Position numbers and translations under genes: made by a program. Shown here piece by piece: positions 59,966-64,000 of a stretch of 64,000 bases of DNA (position 1 is its first letter; each line of letters begins with the position of its first letter). Under the pieces are notes generated by a model that saw only the letters and a list, made by a program, of their open reading frames with translations, had not been told where the DNA came from and made no database searches. Source of the DNA: Bacteroidota bacterium (GTDB lineage: Bacteria > Bacteroidota > Bacteroidia > Bacteroidales > JAGONC01); NCBI GenBank assembly GCA_026391695.1, contig JAPLDP010000068.1, positions 4,305 to 68,304 of the forward strand. The letters run 5' to 3'.

Positions 59966-60000
59966 ATAAATCTGTAATCTTTATTTCCAAATCATAAATC
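59966..60000. repeat. heptanucleotide-periodic array, 5 units (ATAAATC TGTAATC TTTATTT CCAAATC ATAAATC)
   Basis: Read directly, upstream of the DPP4 gene. The 12-mer AAATCATAAATC (59989-60000) recurs at 62249-62260. Confidence 0.7.
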
Positions 60001-60040
60001 TTCCTATTTTTATTCCCAAATACCCCAAAATAAGTTTATC

Positions 60041-62191
60041 ATGAAACCTTTTACCAGAATTATCATTTTAGTTTTTGTACTATTCGTTCAACAAACTCTT
60101 TATGCGCAGGATAAACTGTTCACCATTGAGGATGCCAGTGGCATGAACGAGGCCTTGAGGCCTAAAACACTGCAAAACCTGCAGTGGAGAGCCAACAGCG
60201 ACCTGTTTGCATGGATTGCCGCCAACAGTCTTCTATCAGGAAATGTCATGGATGAAAAACGGGACACTCTTCTTAAGCTTGAAGTTCTCAATCCATTGGT
60301 CATTAATGCAGGAGGAGATACATTAAAACGGTTTCCTTCAGTGACATGGATTGAAGCTGACAAATTCATGTTTATTACTAAGAATAAACTATTTGTTTTT
60401 GATCTTATCACAAAAGAGATCAAAAAAGTCAATGACTATGATGAAAAAGGGGAGAACAGGGATATTGATCCCACCACCTTTGCTGTGGCCTTTACCAGGG
60501 AGAATAATCTGTTTATAGCTCTAAACGGTGAGGAGATAAGGGTTACAGGTGATGAAAATAAGGGCATCGTAAATGGCCTGACAGTACATCGAAATGAATT
60601 TGGCATTTATAAGGGCACATTTTGGTCGCCGAAAGGCAACTATCTGGCCTTTTACAGGATGGATGAAACCATGGTCACCGATTACCCGCTTGTTGATATT
60701 GAATCCCGACCTGCTGAGGTTAAAAGCACAAAATACCCCATGGCCGGGATGACCAGCCACCAGGTTACCGTTGGCGTCTTAAATCCTCAAACAAATGAAA
60801 AGATATTCCTGAAGACCGGTGAACCTGTCGACCAATATTTGACCAACATTACATGGAGCCCGGATGAAAAATTTATCTATATCGCCGTCCTGAACCGCGA
60901 CCAGAATCATTTGAAACTGAACAGGTACAATGTTGTCACTGGTGATTTGGATAAAACCCTTTTTGAGGAGAGTGATAAGGAATATGTAGAGCCCTTGCAC
61001 GGACTTTATTTCCTGCAAAGTAATCCCGGTCAGTTCCTGTGGTTCAGCCAGAGAGACGGTCACAATCAGCTTTTCCTTTACGACACGGATGGTAACTTGA
61101 TAAAGCAGGTCACACAGGGTGCATGGGATGTGAGCGAGTTACTCGGAACAGATCCAAAAGGCCAGAAGGTCTTTTATATTTCGAATCAGGAAAATCCTGT
61201 TGAGCAACACATCTATTCTGTCGATCTTAACACCAGTCGTTCTTCCAGGCTTTCCTCTGTTAAAGGCACACATAACGCACAGCTCAGCAGTGATGGCAAA
61301 TATGTCATCGATACATACAGCAGCCTGAGCAGCAAGATTTCCCTGGAATATGCGCTTATTGATGAAAAGGGCAAGGTCAAGCAGATATTACTTCAGAATT
61401 CTAATCCGCTTAAGGAGTATAAGTTGGGAGAAACGACCATTTTCACAATAAAAAGTAAAGGTGGCGATGATCTGTATTGCCGGATGATCAAACCTGTTGA
61501 TTTTGATCCGGCTAAAAAGTACCCTGTTATCGTTTATGTTTACGGAGGGCCTCATTCACAGCTTGTGACTGATTCATGGCTCGGCGCTGCCGGATTATTT
61601 TTAAATTACCTGGCGCAGCAGGGATTTGTGGTGTTCACGCTGGATAACAGGGGCACTACGAACCGTGGAATTGATTTCGAGCAGGCCACTTTCCGGCAGT
61701 TGGGTGTGGTGGAAGCTGACGACCAGATGCAGGGCATCATTTATCTGAAGACACTTTCGTTTGTGGATTCCGATCGTATTGGTGTAACGGGTTGGAGTTA
61801 TGGTGGATTTATGACCATTAACTTGATGTTGCGATATCCGGATGTCTTCAGGGCAGGCTGTTGCGGTGGGCCTGTTACCGACTGGAAATACTACGAGGTG
61901 ATGTATGGCGAACGGTATATGGACACCCCTCTGGATAACCCGAAAGGGTATGAGGAAACCTCACTTCTGAATAAAGCCGGTAATCTGAAAGGCAAGTTGT
62001 TGATCATCCACGGTACAATAGACCCCACTGTTGTCTGGCAAAATAGCCTGCAATTTCTGAAAAGCTGCATTGATGCCGGTGTACAGGTGGATTATTTCGT
62101 TTATCCCGGTCATGAGCATGGAGTTGGTGGGAAAGATAGGGTACACTTAAATAAGAAAATGGCTGAATATTTAATTGAAAACCTCAAATAA
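60041..62191 (+). CDS. S9B family dipeptidyl-peptidase IV
   Basis: Signal peptide, DPPIV N-terminal propeller region, catalytic GWSYGG, and C-terminal HGTIDPTV / GHEHG. Confidence 0.9.
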   Translation: MKPFTRIIILVFVLFVQQTLYAQDKLFTIEDASGMNEALRPKTLQNLQWRANSDLFAWIAANSLLSGNVMDEKRDTLLKLEVLNPLVINAGGDTLKRFPSVTWIEADKFMFITKNKLFVFDLITKEIKKVNDYDEKGENRDIDPTTFAVAFTRENNLFIALNGEEIRVTGDENKGIVNGLTVHRNEFGIYKGTFWSPKGNYLAFYRMDETMVTDYPLVDIESRPAEVKSTKYPMAGMTSHQVTVGVLNPQTNEKIFLKTGEPVDQYLTNITWSPDEKFIYIAVLNRDQNHLKLNRYNVVTGDLDKTLFEESDKEYVEPLHGLYFLQSNPGQFLWFSQRDGHNQLFLYDTDGNLIKQVTQGAWDVSELLGTDPKGQKVFYISNQENPVEQHIYSVDLNTSRSSRLSSVKGTHNAQLSSDGKYVIDTYSSLSSKISLEYALIDEKGKVKQILLQNSNPLKEYKLGETTIFTIKSKGGDDLYCRMIKPVDFDPAKKYPVIVYVYGGPHSQLVTDSWLGAAGLFLNYLAQQGFVVFTLDNRGTTNRGIDFEQATFRQLGVVEADDQMQGIIYLKTLSFVDSDRIGVTGWSYGGFMTINLMLRYPDVFRAGCCGGPVTDWKYYEVMYGERYMDTPLDNPKGYEETSLLNKAGNLKGKLLIIHGTIDPTVVWQNSLQFLKSCIDAGVQVDYFVYPGHEHGVGGKDRVHLNKKMAEYLIENLK

Positions 62192-62213
62192 GCTGGATGA
62201 TTTCTGATAAATG

Positions 62214-62280
62214 ATTAACGATATTTGATTTTTGATTTTTTACAATATAAATCATAAATCAAATATCAGCTATCGTTAAT
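62214..62280. terminator. long AT-rich hairpin (possible bidirectional terminator)
   Basis: ATTAACGA-TATTTGATTTTTGATT pairs with AATCATAAATCAAATA-(bulge)-TCGTTAAT. The inner stem is 16 bp with one mismatch and the outer stem is 8 bp. It lies between the convergent DPP4 gene and tRNA-Thr. Confidence 0.45.
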
Positions 62281-62294
62281 CTTAAATGAAGAAT

Positions 62295-62310
62295 CCCGGC
62301 TTTAGCCGGG
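62295..62310 (-). terminator. hairpin immediately 3' of tRNA-Thr
   Basis: CCCGGC-TAAA-GCCGGG on the minus strand, followed by ATTCTTCATTT. Confidence 0.5.
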
Positions 62311-62318
62311 ATTCGCCG

Positions 62319-62391
62319 AGCCACTCAAGGGATTCGAACCCTCGACCTATTCATTACGAGTGAATTGCTCTACCAGCTGAGCTAAAGTGGC
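62319..62391 (-). tRNA. tRNA-Thr (anticodon CGU)
   Basis: Manual cloverleaf fold of a 73-nt sequence: acceptor GCCACTT/GAGTGGC, D arm GCTC-AGCTGGTA-GAGC, anticodon arm ATTCA-CTCGTAA-TGAAT, and T arm GAGGG-TTCGAAT-CCCTT. CCA is not encoded. Confidence 0.9.
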
Positions 62392-62401
62392 ATAGGTGGT
62401 G

Positions 62402-62409
62402 CAAAAATA
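62402..62409 (-). promoter_or_regulatory. -7 promoter box TATTTTTG (minus strand) for tRNA-Thr
   Basis: Exact TAnnTTTG match on the minus strand, ending 10 nt before the mature tRNA 5' end. Confidence 0.5.
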
Positions 62410-62515
62410 CGATTTATTTCATAAAATAATAAAGGATGCCATTTTTGGGAAAGATGGTATCCTTTCGTTCTGGATGGCATCTCTTCAGAGAGATGACATC
62501 CGTGAATGACAAGTT

Positions 62516-63673
62516 TTAATGAGTCTTTTTCTCCAGAAGTTGCCAATTGAGGTTGGAACCGATGTTGGGATTGAAACTCGGATCTTCTGCAACAATATAT
62601 TCGCCGAGCGGATTGCTCCATGCGTTGTCATAACCTGATGGCAGTTCTACCGGTTTACCTGCTACAGGGTCATAATATTCATCCACGCCACGTATATACT
62701 GGCTGAAGTTCTCAGAGATCCTGTCACCTATGGCATCACGTTCATAATACTGCTGCATGTTTTCCTCCCTGATCTGATCGCTGGTTTGTGCCAGCATACG
62801 GCTCAGTTCACCAATGCTGTGGATTTGCTTGATCTGTTGCTGAATAAGGAACTCGGTGAACTGAACATATTTATTGTACCAGTTCGGATTCACATGAAAT
62901 GAATTGGTGATGGTTTCAAATATCTTAGCCACATTGGCACCCTGGCCTTTTTCAGCTTTATAGGAAAAAATATAATCCACCGTCCAGTTGGTATTATATA
63001 CGATTTGTCCCCATGACTGAATGGGGAAGCTGTAGGATTCGACAACCGCATAAATCTCCTCTTCCATGGTTTTGCCATTCTCGGTATATTCAATCCTGAT
63101 TTTACCGGCCTCAGCATTCGCAATTATGCCTCCCTGGGATTGCTGTGTGGCTTTGATGGCATTGCCCAGTTCAGGGACTGCCTGTTCGCTGATGACCGTC
63201 ATATTAACTTTATTTCCGCGGAAACGTGGTATTACGACCTGACGTAATGCCTGTGCGGCAGTCATCTGAGGACGGACTTCCATTCCAAAATACTTTGATC
63301 CAATCGGGAACATGGAAAGAACGGTCTGGTTTGTACCCCAAAAGAAGGATTGGTTGGGGAAAACCTCAAATTCCTCGGAGCCTTTGGGATTGCTGACCTT
63401 TAAAGCAGCTGTTGCCGGCATACCCGGATTATCAAGCATCCAAATAATGCCGCCGTCACATACCCAGTCTACAGGCATCAGGAAGCTGAAAGCCTCCGTA
63501 CCTGTTCCCTGCTGGTCAACCATGCTGTACCGTTTAAATTTATAGATTTTACCCTCCTTTTGAGGAGATTCATCTCCGGCAGCACCTTTGGGTACCTGGC
63601 CGGCTTTACTGTTGCACATCATAAAAGAAATGGTAAAAACAAGAAGCGATAAAAAAAAGGACGTTCGTTTCAT
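62516..63673 (-). CDS. lipoprotein of unknown function
   Basis: Signal peptide with lipobox FMMC. The start at 63673 is supported by GGAGGA 6 nt upstream and by the -7 box at 63719-63726, which lies inside the longer ORF. Confidence 0.7.
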   Translation of the reverse strand: MKRTSFFLSLLVFTISFMMCNSKAGQVPKGAAGDESPQKEGKIYKFKRYSMVDQQGTGTEAFSFLMPVDWVCDGGIIWMLDNPGMPATAALKVSNPKGSEEFEVFPNQSFFWGTNQTVLSMFPIGSKYFGMEVRPQMTAAQALRQVVIPRFRGNKVNMTVISEQAVPELGNAIKATQQSQGGIIANAEAGKIRIEYTENGKTMEEEIYAVVESYSFPIQSWGQIVYNTNWTVDYIFSYKAEKGQGANVAKIFETITNSFHVNPNWYNKYVQFTEFLIQQQIKQIHSIGELSRMLAQTSDQIREENMQQYYERDAIGDRISENFSQYIRGVDEYYDPVAGKPVELPSGYDNAWSNPLGEYIVAEDPSFNPNIGSNLNWQLLEKKTH

Positions 63674-63718
63674 GATTTGATCCTCCGGATATTGTTTGAA
63701 TGGAACTGATGAGTCAAA

Positions 63719-63726
63719 CAAATATA
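63719..63726 (-). promoter_or_regulatory. -7 promoter box TATATTTG (minus strand)
   Basis: Exact TAnnTTTG match on the minus strand, 45 nt upstream of the ATG at 63673. Confidence 0.5.
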
Positions 63727-63814
63727 CTAAGTTTCGAAAAGGAATTCAAGAAAAAATTATTTAGCCCGGAAGGACTTTGTTAAAGTGCTGTTTCAGATAA
63801 CAGTAAACTTTCCT

Positions 63815-64000
63815 TTATAAATTTCCCTGTTCCCAATGATAAGCCTGTAAAAATAGAATCCCGGATGGAATTCTTCCCTGATAATTGAGCCATTCGTCAA
63901 AAAGTACCTGAAGGGAGTCAATGGGATCAACACCTGGGACAGTAGATGGAACGATGAGTTCGCAATAGATTGTAGGTAAAAGCCGAATATCAGGTAGCTG
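63815..64000 (-). CDS. C-terminal fragment of an unidentified gene running off the window
   Basis: Minus-strand frame open from the window edge for 61 codons (...FDEWLNYQGRIPSGILFLQAYHWEQGNL) to a TAA at 63815-63817. No family recognised. Confidence 0.35.
   Translation of the reverse strand, partial: QLPDIRLLPTIYCELIVPSTVPGVDPIDSLQVLFDEWLNYQGRIPSGILFLQAYHWEQGNL

Noticed and set aside
4465-63721. N-terminal extensions in the ORF track (starts at 4465, 12940, 14972, 18533, 19850, 23683, 24180, 36342, 53066 and 63721).
   Set aside because: Each extension uses a TTG or GTG start or an upstream ATG. Such a start overlaps the preceding gene, lies inside a heptamer array or -7 box, or precedes a much better signal peptide. 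Internal ATG starts were preferred. Both options remain possible for 24180 versus 24207, and separately for the DUF3800 gene, where I kept the ORF-track start at 127 over the internal ATG at 175.
62192-63726. tRNA-Thr as a possible integration site for a genomic island.
   Set aside because: There is no integrase, no duplicated tRNA 3' fragment and no mobile-element gene on either side. The neighbours are an ordinary DPP4 gene and a lipoprotein gene.

Overview
This 64-kb window reads as a chromosomal segment of an AT-rich Bacteroidota-type genome, probably a Bacteroidales-like peptide fermenter. It holds about 43 tightly packed genes. Exact Bacteroidota -7 promoter boxes (TAnnTTTG) sit in front of at least 18 transcription units. 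GGAGG Shine-Dalgarno sequences occur before only four genes (starts at 127, 15486, 23532 and 63673). A T9SS-style C-terminal sorting domain and a PorV-family barrel are also present. Content from left to right: (1) a DUF3800 protein and a small frameshifted relic, followed by a salvage-type locus of lipoprotein glycosidase, Na+/solute symporter, nucleotidyltransferase and APH-fold kinase; (2) a ~950-bp gene-free gap containing a ~380-bp nested-hairpin element, then a tiny secreted repeat protein; (3) panC-panD, a flippase-like membrane protein, an RfaE-II-like adenylyltransferase and radA; (4) an envelope block of OstA-like protein, MlaD, amidase-SPOR and LptD-like protein; (5) amino-acid and peptide catabolism genes (OCD/mu-crystallin, RidA, S46 DPP, mutA-mutB, M14, C69, later DPP4) mixed with ogt, purF, HIT and greA; (6) a 13.5-kb minus-strand module of propeller sensor kinase, LytTR regulator, a 1231-aa TonB-dependent barrel, a 1439-aa orphan protein with a sorting-type C-terminus, and a PorV/PorQ-like barrel; (7) methyl-cycle genes ahcY and metH-metF, transcribed divergently; (8) tRNA-Thr(CGU). 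I saw no rRNA, CRISPR array, transposase or integrase. The best candidates for new biology are the outer-membrane module in (6), the hairpin element at 8493-8872, an orphan terminator-capped structured RNA candidate at ~15558-15699, the sugar or amino-alcohol activation locus, the recurrent heptanucleotide tandem arrays in intergenic DNA, and a Rieske-fold protein with its histidine ligands replaced. All functional calls rest on motifs I recognise by eye. No database search was run.
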